Assembly: GCF_025526975.1 (NCBI RefSeq)
Contig: NW_026515668.1
Location: 682,001 to 746,000 of the forward strand
Reading direction: 5' to 3'
Length of the DNA: 64,000 bases
Origin: Fimicolochytrium jonesii
Taxonomy: Eukaryota
Position numbers and translations under genes: made by a program. The notes below the pieces were generated by a model. The model saw only the letters and a list, made by a program, of their open reading frames with translations, ran no database searches and was not told the origin of the DNA. Positions 34,735-47,143 of the stretch are shown here, one piece after another; positions within the stretch are counted from its first letter, which is position 1; every line of letters starts with the position of its first letter.

Positions 34735-37344
34735 ATGCCGCCGAACACAGGGCCGCCACCCACTACCGGTAACTTATCCTGGGACCAAGAATTGGGCAGC
34801 TGGATTCCTGGTTCCAAAGAGTTGTCCCTTCAACAACTGCCATCCCCAGGTCAGGCCTTGAGTTTCTCACTGAAGGCCGCTGGCGTTGGCTTCTTGGTAT
34901 ATTGTTCGTGGAAGGGATATCAATGGCGGGCTTATCGGAAGAAGGTAGGCGATAGTTGTTCTGCGGCGTCAGGATCAAGTTCCCCCGGAGGCGCAATAGG
35001 ACTTGTGAGCGAAGCGCGTGGGGTCGTGGGTTCTCGGGCGATACCAAATCCTATTCTTGCATTACATGTGTAGGTCCTTACAATTCAAGACGGAACCATT
35101 CTTAAGTGGAAGTTGAGTCGCAATCCTGTGGTTGAAGTGCGGAGCGACGATGGCCTTCTGGGCAAACTGTCCGGTGCAGGCCAGCGCAATATCACACTCT
35201 TTGAGGCACTGGAGACTTTGAGATGGGCGCGCGATGATGGGCGCATCAAAGGTCGGTTCCGTTCATTGTTCTGCTACACAAGTCAACACGTGCTTGGAAC
35301 TAACGACACCTTCCGTATTCCTCCAAGGTCTGGAGATGGATTTTAGCACCGGGTCGAGACTTTTGCTGGCTAGTAAGGGCATGGGTTTTGCACAGGTAGG
35401 AAGGCTAAGCAGTTATCATGGATCGTCCTCAGTCGTGTTTATCCTTCTCCGTCATCTTCAAGATGCAAGAACTCCATGAGGCCATCAGAAGTTTTGGCGA
35501 CGCAAAGAGGTGCGCTTTCGGTGACAACTGTCGACTGGTAGCGTTTACAGACACATTTGGTACAGACTCCGATATCCATCACCTTGAAAGGATCACTGGA
35601 CCATATTCATAGATGCCTCCCACCACAGATTCTCAGGACCACTACTTCCTTTCGACGGCCTTTGACGAGGTCAAAATGGAGCCCAACGGTGTCATCCCCC
35701 TCTACGGCTTCGCGCCGAGGTCACCGGTAAGTATCCAATCTGAAGACGTGCTGATCAAAATGGCATCTCACAACTTTGGTGCGGCAGTTTTTGGGAAACC
35801 TGTTGAAAAAGCTGGGGATCGACATGATACCTCTCTCAAAAGGCAAATGCAAAGGCGCCACGGAGCATTTGACGGAGACCAAATACCCACCGCAAATCCT
35901 GGACAACCTGGCCTCCCTATTTGCATCGCTCACCGACCAGTTTCGCCGGCAAATTGCGTCTAGCAGGGATGTTGGCCTGAAGAAATTCACCCGCCAAGGC
36001 ATGAACAAATGGCGCGGGATGTCCGCCGCCTCCAAGGAGCTATCGCCAGCGTCCTCCGCTGCAGACGCGTCTTCGGACCAAAAAGTGAAAGCACTGATGG
36101 ATGTCGCGCCGCTGACGACAGGAGAAGGTGTGGAAGCCGGCCTGATTGACCGCATCGCCTACAAGCGGGAGCAACTGCACAGGGGTCCCGACAGCGACGT
36201 GAAGGAGATGCCGCTTACACGATACAAGTTCCTGCGCGCTGCGGAGGTGAAGAGGGAGGTCAGGAAGATGCCGAGCGACCAGAAAGTGAATGTCGCGCTT
36301 GTTTACCTCTCGGGCGCCATCAAAGAGGGCGAGGGGCAGTTTGGTCCTGACAAGGTGGCCAAAGCTATTTTGGACGCTGCGGCGGATAAGAGCATCAGGG
36401 CGATCGTGTTCCGCATCGGTGAGCTATCTTGTGGGCAGCCCACTGCAAAACTTCTCACGTTTCTGATCCCCTCGCGCACCGTGCATTAGACACCGGCGGG
36501 GGCGGTATGTGGGCCAGCGACACGATCCGCGACGCCGTAGACCACGCACAGAAAACCTACAACAAGCCCATCATCGCAAGCTACGGGAACGCCGCGGCAT
36601 CGGGAGGCGTGTGGATAAGCATCAACTGCAAGAAGATCCTCGCGTCCCCCGGCACCATCACCGGCTCTATCGGCATCGCCTACGCGCGTCCCATCTTCAC
36701 ACCCGAATTTCTCGACCGGTTCGGCATCACCGTCGATGAGCGACTTGTCCTCACGGACGGAGCGAAAGGGTCGTCGGTGTTTACTCCGCCGACGGGACGC
36801 GCCCTGGAGCGGTGGAAGAGTCTGATGGACGGGTACTACCAGACGTTTCTGCGATTGGTGGCGGCGGGGCGGGGGATGACGGTTGAGCAGGTGGCGAGCA
36901 TCGCGGAAGGGAAGGTGTATACCGGCGAACAGGCGCTCAAACTCGGTCTGATTGACGAGCTTGGTGAGTGGGCATACCCCTTTATCCTGCTCCCGTCATG
37001 AAATCAAAACGGTAGTTCTGATCCCCCCCGCAATTCTCTCACCATCCGCTCCCTCGCGGCACCCAGGCGGCCTCCAATCCGCCCTCCGCGTCGCCGTCGC
37101 CCACTCCGGAGCCGCGCCCACGTCCCTCCCCATCGTACAGATCTTCCCGCGGCCACAAGGTCTGATCCAGAAACTGGTGGAGAATGGCACAGTGGACGAC
37201 ATGCTGGGCAGTTTGTCGATTGATATGCAGGCGAGTTTGGCGGCGGCCGCGGCGAGGGTTGCTGTGGGTGTGGGTGCGGAGGTTGTGGAGGAGAGGGTCG
37301 GGGTGGGTGCGGGGCCGGCCTTGCGGATGCAGCATTTGGATTAG
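34735..37344 (+). CDS. sppA: Signal peptide peptidase SppA (protease IV, peptidase S49, two-domain 67K type), multi-exon
   Basis: N-terminal TM segment; GKCKGATE (catalytic Lys position), IRAIVFRI|DTGGG, GNAAASGGVWI (catalytic Ser), TITGSIGI, GKVYTGEQALKLGLIDELG. Confidence 0.85.
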
Positions 37345-39301
37345 AAGCACTGTCTAATCAAGGGGCTCGGGCGATGATATCCATTCTCGTACTAGCACTG
37401 TCGTTCACACCCATGCCTAGCTCTGGTAGTTACTGTAGCCTCATCGCGTAGATCCACATCCTCTCACCTCCACCCCCTTTCTCTGCGCCCCCCGGGCCGG
37501 TTCGCCACTTGTACAGGCAGGCGGAAGGGACCCAGGCCCCCTCAACCGCCGCATCGAACCCGAAAGCGGCGTTTTGTATCTTTTTTTTTTTCTTTGAACA
37601 TGGACCCACCGCAGAAGCTTTGCTTTCTATTGAACCTGACTGGAACTTGGGTCTGGAGACCCATCCCGTCTCTCGGACCTGCATACTGTGGGGTCTTACT
37701 TCATCCCGCAAACAAGTTTCGCCGTTTTCGTGCTTATGTAATATGACGCGTCAGCCTGAGGCATCTCAGCGACGCGTTCATGGGGAACGTAACGGCAGTC
37801 AGGTGCAGTGTGCAGCTTGCATACCACAACGTACAGTACGTCCTATGCGCAGGCAAAGGACATGCCGGCCTTCAGCGGTACGAGTGCATAGGAGTACCTG
37901 GAGCGAGCGATGCACACACGGGCAGTGGTTAGCAGAACAAGAAAGCCACTCAGCTATTTTTTGGAGGCTGCTTCGGGTTCTCCGACCCATGATGGATGAT
38001 CTTGTTCCACTGACTGAACCAACCCTAATGGAATAGATAAATGCAGCCATTCAGGATGTCATTCGGGTAGCCAACTATTCCACACGACCTTCAGCGTGGT
38101 AGATGGTCCAACAACTGAGCTACAGCGCAGGACCCATCCGTCTTCAGGTAAACGAATGAACCTGCAAATTCTTGCAGCTAGCCACGTACAGGACCCAGAA
38201 CGACATGGTCATTCCCCGAAACAAAAAACTTCGGCGGCACCGTGGTCCGACTCCACTTTTCCAGCACCCCGCACCTTGGAGGTGATGCACACTGGGAGTT
38301 ACAAGATCGTCGAGAACGTGCTCCTCCTTGTCTCCCAGGCCCTCCGTGCCGTGTGCAACGTGGCTGCTGGCGGGTAGATCTGTGGTTTGGATACACTCCC
38401 TGAGGCTGCTGCTGGAACTTGCCAAGTGAGGTGGAGACTGCTGCTGCCGGGATGCAGATGGCTTTTGGAGGTGTCTGAGGCTGGATCGGCGGTCCAACAG
38501 TCATGATCGATGGAGGAACCCGCAGAACGACCCGCGAGAACAGGATGGGACGCAACTCGGTTCCCGGAGGTCAAAAAAACGCGTTGAGCGCGTATCACGT
38601 AAGCATTGACGGCACTGTCAATACGGCCGTTGCACCCAGCACTCGTCCGACTGAGCAGGCCAGGGAATGAGCTTCTCTATTCGGTTGGTCGTGCACGGGA
38701 GACGGCTTTCACCCGCAACACCAACGGGCATAGGTTTCGCTCACATTACTTACTTGTGAAGCCAACAATTTTACGCAGACAGACGACTCTACAGGGATTG
38801 ACGGGAAGGATGGGGTGGTTCGCCACTACCCCGATTCAGATTTGTAGAAAGCCACCGCTAGCGGGAGGGATCTCGTGAATACGATGAGTGAAGCTAGCGA
38901 TATGTGGAAGGAAGGGAGGACGGTGCCGGAGGACGTCTAGATATATGTGGGCGTCTAGAAATATGACTGGTGCATCCAGTGGTAATAGTAGGCAGCCCGA
39001 TGTAAATGGTATATAGATGATGTATGTTTAGTGGATAGAGTGACTTTTCCGGAAGCCACCAAGAACCTTCCGCTAGCCCTTTCTCCAATCGGTTATCTGA
39101 AATGGAAGAAATGGAGTGAGGTCATCAGAAGTCTGCATGGAGTTCGGCGACGGGGATGTAGGGATGTAGAGATGTTAGGCGGGGTGATCAAGATAGTAAA
39201 CAGGAATGTTCGCTATCGTTCGCAGACCGACTGAAGCTCGCTTCGCTCGCCGTCGCATCTATCGTCATCGTCATCACCCGCCATCGTTCACTCCCCGTTC
39301 C

Positions 39302-39772
39302 TCATTCCTCGATACTCACATTTCTCCTTATTCCCTGGCGGACAGCAGCACCACATGCACGGAAAACACAACATACATTAACGATATCTCCGCCGCTCCA
39401 CTCGCCGGTGCGCACGAACTCATGGTTGCAGTTGAACCAGCTGCTAGTGTAGACTGAGTTGACCGGGATGACCGAGTTACCCCCGTTGACCGGGTTGCCC
39501 GAGGCGACCGAGTTGAAGTAGACACGTGGTTGTGCCGTGGTGATAGGAGTGCCGTCGGCGTTGTAGGCGATGGGTCGATGTTGTGCCTCGGGGTAGGGTT
39601 GCGGTTGCGGTTGGGCGGCGTAGATTGGGGAGGGTACGGGTTGGCGAGGGGTTGGCAGGCGGTGACGGGCTGAGCGGGGGTGAGTCGCGGCGCCGGTAGT
39701 GGGTTGGTATTGCGGAGGGCTTGGGTTCTGGGGGTTGCCCGATTGTTGGTGTTCTTGCTTTTCGGCGGACAT
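39302..39772 (-). CDS. Pro/Gln-rich protein with Cys-rich C-terminal module; possible frameshift near 39380
   Basis: ATG 39772, PPQY/PQPYP-rich N-terminus, CNHEF..WSGGDIV; a shifted frame continues CMLCFPCMWCCCPPGNKEK followed by a GTGAGT donor. True 3' end unresolved. Confidence 0.6.
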   Translation of the reverse strand: MSAEKQEHQQSGNPQNPSPPQYQPTTGAATHPRSARHRLPTPRQPVPSPIYAAQPQPQPYPEAQHRPIAYNADGTPITTAQPRVYFNSVASGNPVNGGNSVIPVNSVYTSSWFNCNHEFVRTGEWSGGDIVNVCCVFRACGAAVRQGIRRNVSIEE

Positions 39773-40173
39773 TTTGGTATGAGTTGCGAGGCGTGAAACG
39801 GAACGCTCGATAGGGCGGGCTCTCCTGCCTGCCGGGGTTCTTTATATACCAAGCGGCGGCGAGCATTGTGCGGGAGCTACTTCAAGTTGGACTTGCCCAC
39901 TGGCCGTAAGCCTGAGAGGCTGAAACGGAGGGTCCAGGAGCGCCCGGCTAACATCCCCGACGCCGTGCATTGTGGAGAAGCGCCCCAGTTGAAGTTGCTG
40001 CAAAGCGCAAGGCTGCGAACAAGGAAACAAGACTGAAAGTTGGATCTGGAGAGGGAGAACTGAGAAAGAGGTATCGAAACGCGTCTCCCACGTCCGAAGG
40101 GGCAACGAACGACAACGAGGACAGCAGCTTCTCGAAGCAGGTCAGTTTCGTCCAACGAACACTCGCAAAAAGC

Positions 40174-42159
40174 ATGGCCGGCCTCTTCCACATCCGCCCA
40201 ACGCTACGGCTGCCTCTCCCTCGCTCCGCCGCTGCCTCCTCGTTCCGTCGCAATGTTCGCTCGCAAGTCGTAGTTCCCGTCTCGTCGTCGCCGTCGTCAG
40301 GGACATGTTTTCACACTTGCAAAGTCGCATACAAGCAGAAGGTGAGGGGCGCAAGCTAGAGTCTCACTGGATACCTTTGCCTCACACGTTCATGCTTTCT
40401 CTCTTCCTCCCACCCAGCTGAACTTCGCAGAACGCCAGCAAAAGCAGAATTCCCGAGGCGCATGGAACAAAAAGCACAAAAAATCACCCATCCCGCCATC
40501 CTCCGACCCCCGCGGCTGGGACTTCCGCTCCGAATCCGACCGGCAGCTCGTGCCCGATGGGTGGGCGACCATCGTCCCTGAACCCTTTGAGCAATCCACA
40601 GCCGCCATCCCCCTCGAACCGGCCAAAATCCCGCGACTAGCCCACGGCCTCGAAAAAGTGCTCGAACGGCCGGGGATACATTACCTGAAAGACCCAGAGA
40701 CCGGCGAGTACAATTTCGACCCATGGCTGGAGAATATCTGTCAGCCGGAGGACTTCGACTATACGAAATTGCCTGAGTACATGATTGCATCCACCGACAC
40801 GAATGCGCATCAGATTGCAAGGAAGCACGGGGCGCGGTACGTCTCCTCCACGTCCTCCATCACCAGCCTGGTCGCCAAAATGTACCTACACATCTCGGAG
40901 GAGCGGCCGCCCAACATCGCCTCCTTCTCGCACGCTCTGGACGGCGAACCACACACCTTCACCAAAACCCAGCGCCTCCCCACATCCGCCCTTCTGAAAA
41001 GCCTGGGCGACGGGCTGTATGCCGTCGACGCCGACAAGTCTGCTCAAGGAGACAACGGGAACATCATGCAGATTCTGGGAAAATCGATGGAGCTAATGCT
41101 GACGGCCCCCCCGGAGAGGTTTGAGAAGTTTACGGTCGCGAATTCGGCCAATCTGAAACCTGAGGAGTTGGATGAGGATTACCATCGGTTTACGAAGCTG
41201 GACAAGTTCATGTTAAGGGCGCAGATGGATTGTTATGATGAGCGGCTGCCGTACAAGACGTTCGATTTGAAGACGAGGGCCACCTTGGCTGTTCGGATGG
41301 ATCCGGCGGGGTATAAGGTGCGTCTGCTTTGTAAGCGTTTCCGGAATTCACTCGACTGCTAACGTTTTCACGATTCATACAGGAAAATCTCGACTACATC
41401 CTCAACAAAGAAGAAGGCCTCATCAACTCCTTCGAACGCGAAGACTACGACATGCTCCGCTCCGCCTTCCTCAAATACTCCTTCCAAGCCCGGATCGGCG
41501 GCATGGACGGCATCTTCGTCTGCTACCACAACACCTCCACCGTCTTTGGGTTCCAATACTTCCCCATCGCAGACATGGACCGTTTGCTGTTCGGCACCCC
41601 GGAATTCGGCCAGCAAAGTTTCGACATCTCCCTCAAACTCCTTGGGCGGTTGCTGGACGCCGTGACCAACGCGTTCCCGGACACGGATACCCGCGTGACG
41701 ATGGGGAGGGGCATCGATGGCAAATTCCACACGTTTGCGGAACCCGTCTCCATCCCCGCCCTGACCAACATCCCCGAGCCCACGGCGCCACCCATGAAAT
41801 GGACCCTCCACACCGCGTCCAAGATCAACGACGAGTTCACCACGCCCCTCTTCTTCACCCCCCCGGACAAGTGGACCGTGCATTATAACCTTGTCAAGAG
41901 CCCGCATTCGGGGAGGAGGTTGAGCGAGGAGTGTGAGAAGTTTAGGGAGCTTGCTAGTGGGGAGAAACGGGGTCCGGACGGGAAGAAGGAGAGGGGGAGG
42001 AATTTCAAGTTTATTGATTCGTTGAGGAGGATGGCGGGGTTGCCGCGCATTGACAGGGGGCTGGGGGAGGCGGGGGAGAGGGAGGAGGGGGGGTGGGAAA
42101 GGGAGAGGGAGCGGGAGAGGGGGAGGGAGAGGTTTGAGCGGGAGCGAGTTGGGAGGTGA
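40174..42159 (+). CDS. PET127: Mitochondrial RNA 5'-processing exonuclease Pet127, 3 exons
   Basis: IPRLAHGLEKVL..PGIHYLKDP..YNFDPWL, YVSSTSS, LRAQMDCYD..LP..FDLKTRA, MLRSAFLKYSFQARIGGMDGIFVCYHNT...FGFQY. Introns ~40342-40417 and 41318-41382. Confidence 0.92.
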
Positions 42160-42552
42160 TCTGACTTCTCGGGGCTTCCAAGACCTTGCCCACTTTGGAA
42201 TCGAAGATGGGTGGGGACCGCCTAGCGCATCCCTTCTTGGCGATCCCCTCGCAAACCGTGCGTTCAAGCAAACGCGGGCGGGCGACATCCAGTGAATATA
42301 GTACGCACGTCATATATATGTATCAGGAATAGCGTACCTCTATAGACCCCAAAAAAACTAAACTGTACACTATCTAAATCGTCACCACCGGTGTAAGGAG
42401 TCACACTATGCCAATTCAATCGGTAGTAGCGACGGGTGGTGTGTGCAAAGGGCAGGGACGTAATCAACGCGGGCTGATACTCACCCTGCCTTCTCACAAT
42501 TCCACACCCACAATCTCGTTCATTCACACCCCAACCCCCCAAAAATCCCCCG

Positions 42553-43496
42553 CTACACCTCCCCACCCACCGCAATCCCCTCAACCTCCCTCACAACCCC
42601 CTCAATCTCCTCGACCACCTCCGTCTCAATATACGGCTGGTGCAGCCATGCCGAGAGCAGAAACATCCCATGCGCGCGGTGGTGTGGTTCGTGGGGTGGT
42701 GGTAGACGGGGGTGAGTATCACTGTCGCCAGCACTGCCGGTGGTGTTGTGGATGGTGATGTCGTGTGAGGAGGTGATAAAGTTTGCGATCCGAGCTTTTA
42801 AGGACGTTTCCAGGGCGTACATGTCCGTCAGGCGGCGCATTAGACCCACTACCTCCCAAAAAAACTGTCAGTTAAGCCCCTCCCCCACATCCTGCGAAAA
42901 GGGAACAAAAACACATACAATGCCCTTCCAGAGACGAAATCCTAAACACGGCCATCTCAGCCGCCTTCTCGCCAACATTATCGATTGTGTCGTCTACCAA
43001 CGCCGAGACGCGCAGGAGGACGGTTTGCATCTTTGTGAGGAGGTGTTGCAGGCGGTCTACTATGCTGTGTAGTTCGCGGAGGGGGGTTGTGAGGTCGTCA
43101 GGGGGTGGTGGGAGGGAGGTGGGGGAGGGATGGGGGGAGAAGGCGGATTTTGTGGATTTTTCTCTGTGTGATGGAGGCTGTGTGAGTATTGGAAACGGTC
43201 GATGCTCGCCCCTCGCTTCGCTCACCACCGTCTTCGGTGACTTTGCTTCATCGCCCTCCTAGCTCAACCCCATTTGCCCCCCCAAAGACTAACCTCCCCT
43301 TCAGCCCAGTGTTAACAATCAAATTCGCTACCCTCAATCCATCGGTATCGAGCTCCTGCCATTGATTTTTGAAATAGTAGATGTCCTGCCATGCTGTGCG
43401 GGTGGCGCGTTGGAGGGAGGCGACTTGTTGGGGTGGAATTTGCTGTTGGTGGGTGTGTGGGGAGGGTGATGAGGGCGAAGGCGAGGGACTGTGCAT
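42553..43496 (-). CDS. CINP-like (CDK2-interacting protein family) protein, 3 exons
   Basis: QWQELDTDGLRVANLIVN (cf. CINP KWETLNDAGFTTANNIAN), MY..E..LK..I, and LSAWLHQPYI (cf. WLHQPYV). Intron 1 43293-43164 keeps frame. Confidence 0.7.
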
Positions 43497-44213
43497 GGCG
43501 GGTTGAAGGGTGGCAGGACACGGATGATGCCGGGGTGATGGTGCGTTGGAAGTTGGAAATTGGAAGTTCCACAGGAGTCGTCCTGGCTTCGCAGGAGAGT
43601 TCGAAAGAGACTTGACGCGTGTTCGCCTTGTTCGCCCCTTCGCTCCCCCCAAGTCCCCCAAGTTACCCCCTTGCCCCACCGCTTCTCTCCCCCATCCAGG
43701 GGCCACATCGACCCCTCCCTCATCTCCCAAAGCCGCTCATTTTCCGTCCGCTATTTCACAATGCGAGGACAATGAGGTTTCATTATATTAGGACTAGCAT
43801 GCGCCAAAACTGGCGTGCGATTCCAATGCTTGCGCATGACGACCTTGACTTCACCCCCTGCAGGGGAAAGCAAGGAGTGAGAGGATGTGTGCGGCGAACA
43901 TCCATGGTACATGTTACTGGAAGAGATGACATCCTCTAATACAGCCGCAGGGAAAAGCCCGAAAACCAGTGGGACAGCCGGAAGCTCCGAAGTGTTCCGC
44001 CGACCGCGTGTCCGAAAGGACAAGTTTTCGCTTGTCACACTCTGGATCTGGCAGAAGCGATATCTGCCTCCGGTTGCTCGCCCCATTCATACGTACGTAC
44101 GGCGAGCAACCACTGACTCCAGGCTGACATGCTCACGGCATCGCTCGCTATCAAAGCAGTGTGTGGTCCGTCATTGTAGCCCGCCACCTCCCGTCGCCAC
44201 AATTCCGCCCACC

Positions 44214-45486
44214 ATGTCTCTCCTCCTCCGCACCCTCCTTGCAACCCACTCCTTTCTCTCCTCCCTCGCAACCTTCTTCACGCTCACTGTCACCTCCGCC
44301 AACAGCCGCCGTTTACTACCACCGCCACCACCCCCAATAGAGCTAACGAACGAGAATGCGCGGACGAGGGAGCATGTTGCTGTTGTTTTTAGGAGGGGGA
44401 GAAATGGGGGAAATGGAGGGGAAACTGTGAATTGTAATGGGCGGATGGAAGGGGAAGGGTTGGTTGAGGAAGTAGAGAGGATTGTTGGATGGTGTTTGGA
44501 GGCTGGGGTCAGGGTGTTGACGGTCTTTGATGATAAGGGTAGGTTTCCGAGTGTGTTGTGGTGTTGTTTGTTTTATGGGAAGGTGTGCGGCGGTGTGTCG
44601 GAGTGTGTAAATGGGGCCGCTGACGGGAAGGGACTGTGTTTCTCGGCCATCATTGAACATGCCGTACTTGAACCTCCATCTTTTTCTCACACTCCTTCCC
44701 AACCAGGCCTCCTAAAAACCAAAGCCGCCCACCTGCACCGCACCCTCAAATCCACCCTCAGCCCCTCCATAAAGCAGCCATACACCATCGGATCATCCAC
44801 CCCACCACGGCAAGAGGAATCCGACCCTGTAGTTGTCCAAGTATACACCAGCGGCCGCCGTATCCCCAAAACGACAGCCCAACAACGCACAGACGAAGCG
44901 GTAGACGTTGACAGCGCGCATAATTCGGATGACGAGGGGGGAACTATCGGTTCGTGCATCAATCTCATCACTCATATTCCCCGCAAGTACTGATGTGTAT
45001 GTGAAAACTCAGACCTGCACATCAACATCGTCTCCCCAACGGACGGCCGACAAGCCCTTGTCGATGCCGCAAAGGCGCTCGCTCGCGAGGCTATCACCAA
45101 AACATCTCCCACCATCGTTGATGTCGATATCGTGGACCGCATACTCCATAAAGGTACGTCTGTGTCCTGTACTTTATTACCACATATGTCAGGGGGATGA
45201 ACTGATGCTGCGGATATTGGTAGGACGAGATGCATCCCTCCGTATAAACAGCAGCGAACCACAACTCGTCTTCCTGACACATACGGATCCGGAGTTTATC
45301 ACAATTGGGAATTTCCTGCCATGGGAGATCCGGTTGTCGGAGTTTTGGTAGGGCTTTTGCCATTCCATATTGAGGACTGCACCACTGACATCTATCCATA
45401 GGCCTGTACCAAGGGAGCTGACACAGGCGGAGTTTGTGGACGGGTTGCGGCATATGGCGTCGTGCCAGCAGCGGTTCGGGAAATGA
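44214..45486 (+). CDS. NUS1: Dehydrodolichyl diphosphate synthase subunit Nus1/NgBR, multi-exon
   Basis: HVAVVF, IVGWCLEAGVRVLTVFDDKG, SPTDGRQALV, EPQLV...FLPWEIRLSEF, C-terminal CQQRFGK (RxG). Confidence 0.88.
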
Positions 45487-46003
45487 AGTGAAACGGCCTT
45501 CCTGCATGGAGTTGACCCACCCGATAGACATACCAATTCACGACATCTAGTATTCTCATTCGGCTTTTTTGGGGTTGCGGTTGGGAGAAGCGTAGGACGG
45601 CGTAGATGGTAGATGGGGTAACTTATGAGAATACAGAATACACATGAGCATAGTGCATATGTAGCCTCCAATGGGATGTTCGGTCAGACGGCGTAAATCG
45701 AAAAATGTGGATTAGTCCCTGCGTAGCAACCTCGATTTGCCCCCACCCGGACAAGCAGAGAATCATATCTGCCTTCAGACGGTCAATTAAACCATAGAAA
45801 CACACTGTTCGCAACACTTTGTACAACCAAGCCAGCGTTGGGTTCAATATGAAGAAAAAATTACGTTGAAATACAGGTGGGTGGTATTTGATGGATGTTC
45901 CTAAAAAACTACCGCCGTTCTAGCGCGGGATGCCGGGGTGATGGTGATATTTATGGCGGGGTGGAATATGGCGGATGCTTTGCGTGGTGAGACAATGCTG
46001 CAT

Positions 46004-46775
46004 TTACGCGTTGTCAAAGTCAAAGTCATCACCGAAGACAACATCGTCGTCCGAGTCGTCGTCGTTGGCCTCAGGGAAGCAGCCCTTGGAGCGAAGGTAC
46101 TCGATACCCTTGGTGAGGGCCTCGTCGCGGACCTTGAGGGTGAAGATGCCCTTGTCGGGGTTGGCGAGGATCTCGCCGGACGCGAGGAGGTTGTCACCGG
46201 AGAGGACCTTGCCGTCGTAGTGGCCGACGACGCTTTGGAGCCACTCCTTGGCGTCGATCTAGCGGAACGGAGCTATAGTTATTTCCACATCGAGCAAACT
46301 CGTCTGCAAATAATCCGGCACGCACCTTGTCCTTCTTGGACTCAGGGACGTGAGCAACGATCGCGACGCGCTCGTCGTTGGTAGAGAAGATCATCTTTCC
46401 AATGTCGCCGGCTCCACCCTTGCGCTCTTCCTCGGCGTCGTCACATGGGGCGTTCATCTACTCAAAGCAAATTACTCCTCGTCAGATCTCTCGTCTCGTT
46501 AACATGCGGATTGGTGATGAAGTGAGTACATACCGCCTTGACGGACTCGATGAGGAGCTCAACGTCACCCTCGGGCTCGTCGACCTTGGTGCAGAAGAAC
46601 TCGAGACCGCCTATTCATTACAAAGGAGATGCGATTCGACAGTCAGCAATAGTACAGTCAGTGAGGTGTGAGAATCCACATTCTACATACCCATGGTAGC
46701 GGCTCCCTCGATCTCAACACCACGCTTTCCACCCTCCTTCACGACCTTCTTGAGCTTCTTGTCGTCGACGGGCAT
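46004..46775 (-). CDS. Conserved small acidic protein with alanyl-tRNA-synthetase C-Ala/DHHA1-like segment, 4 exons
   Basis: Spliced product MPVDDKKLKKVVKEGGKRGVEIEGAATMG|GLEFFCTKVDEPEGD..|MNA..EEERKGGAG..VAHVP..|IDAKEWLQSV..YLRSKGCFP + Asp tail; strongly C-ending codons suggest high expression. Confidence 0.8.
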
Positions 46776-47143
46776 GGTTGCGATTGTTATTGACGGTTTG
46801 GGAGTGTGGGGTAAGGGGGGAGGATTCAAGAGTTATGGTGGCTTTTGAAGAGACGGCGAGCAAAAGTTTTCGTATGGCGGTTGCGGGGTGTCGCTGTAGT
46901 AAGGAATGTGGGGGAGGTGGCGGCGGAGGGATATCCGCACACTCATCTGTGTCATGGCACGTGGAGAGTCACGTGAAACGAGGATAGACTAATGAGCGGT
47001 TGTTTTTGATGTGACATTCCTTCTGGGCGATTTTCCCACGGACTGTTTCTTTCCCACGCACCACATCTCAGGCATCGCATACATTTGCATCGAGTTGCCC
47101 AGGCAACAACGACAGTACTTCTCACAGGCGCCTATACCGAACG

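Noticed and set aside
37400..39200. Cluster of short ORFs between SppA and the Pro-rich gene
   Set aside because: No motifs, consistent splice pattern or host-like codon bias; treated as intergenic.
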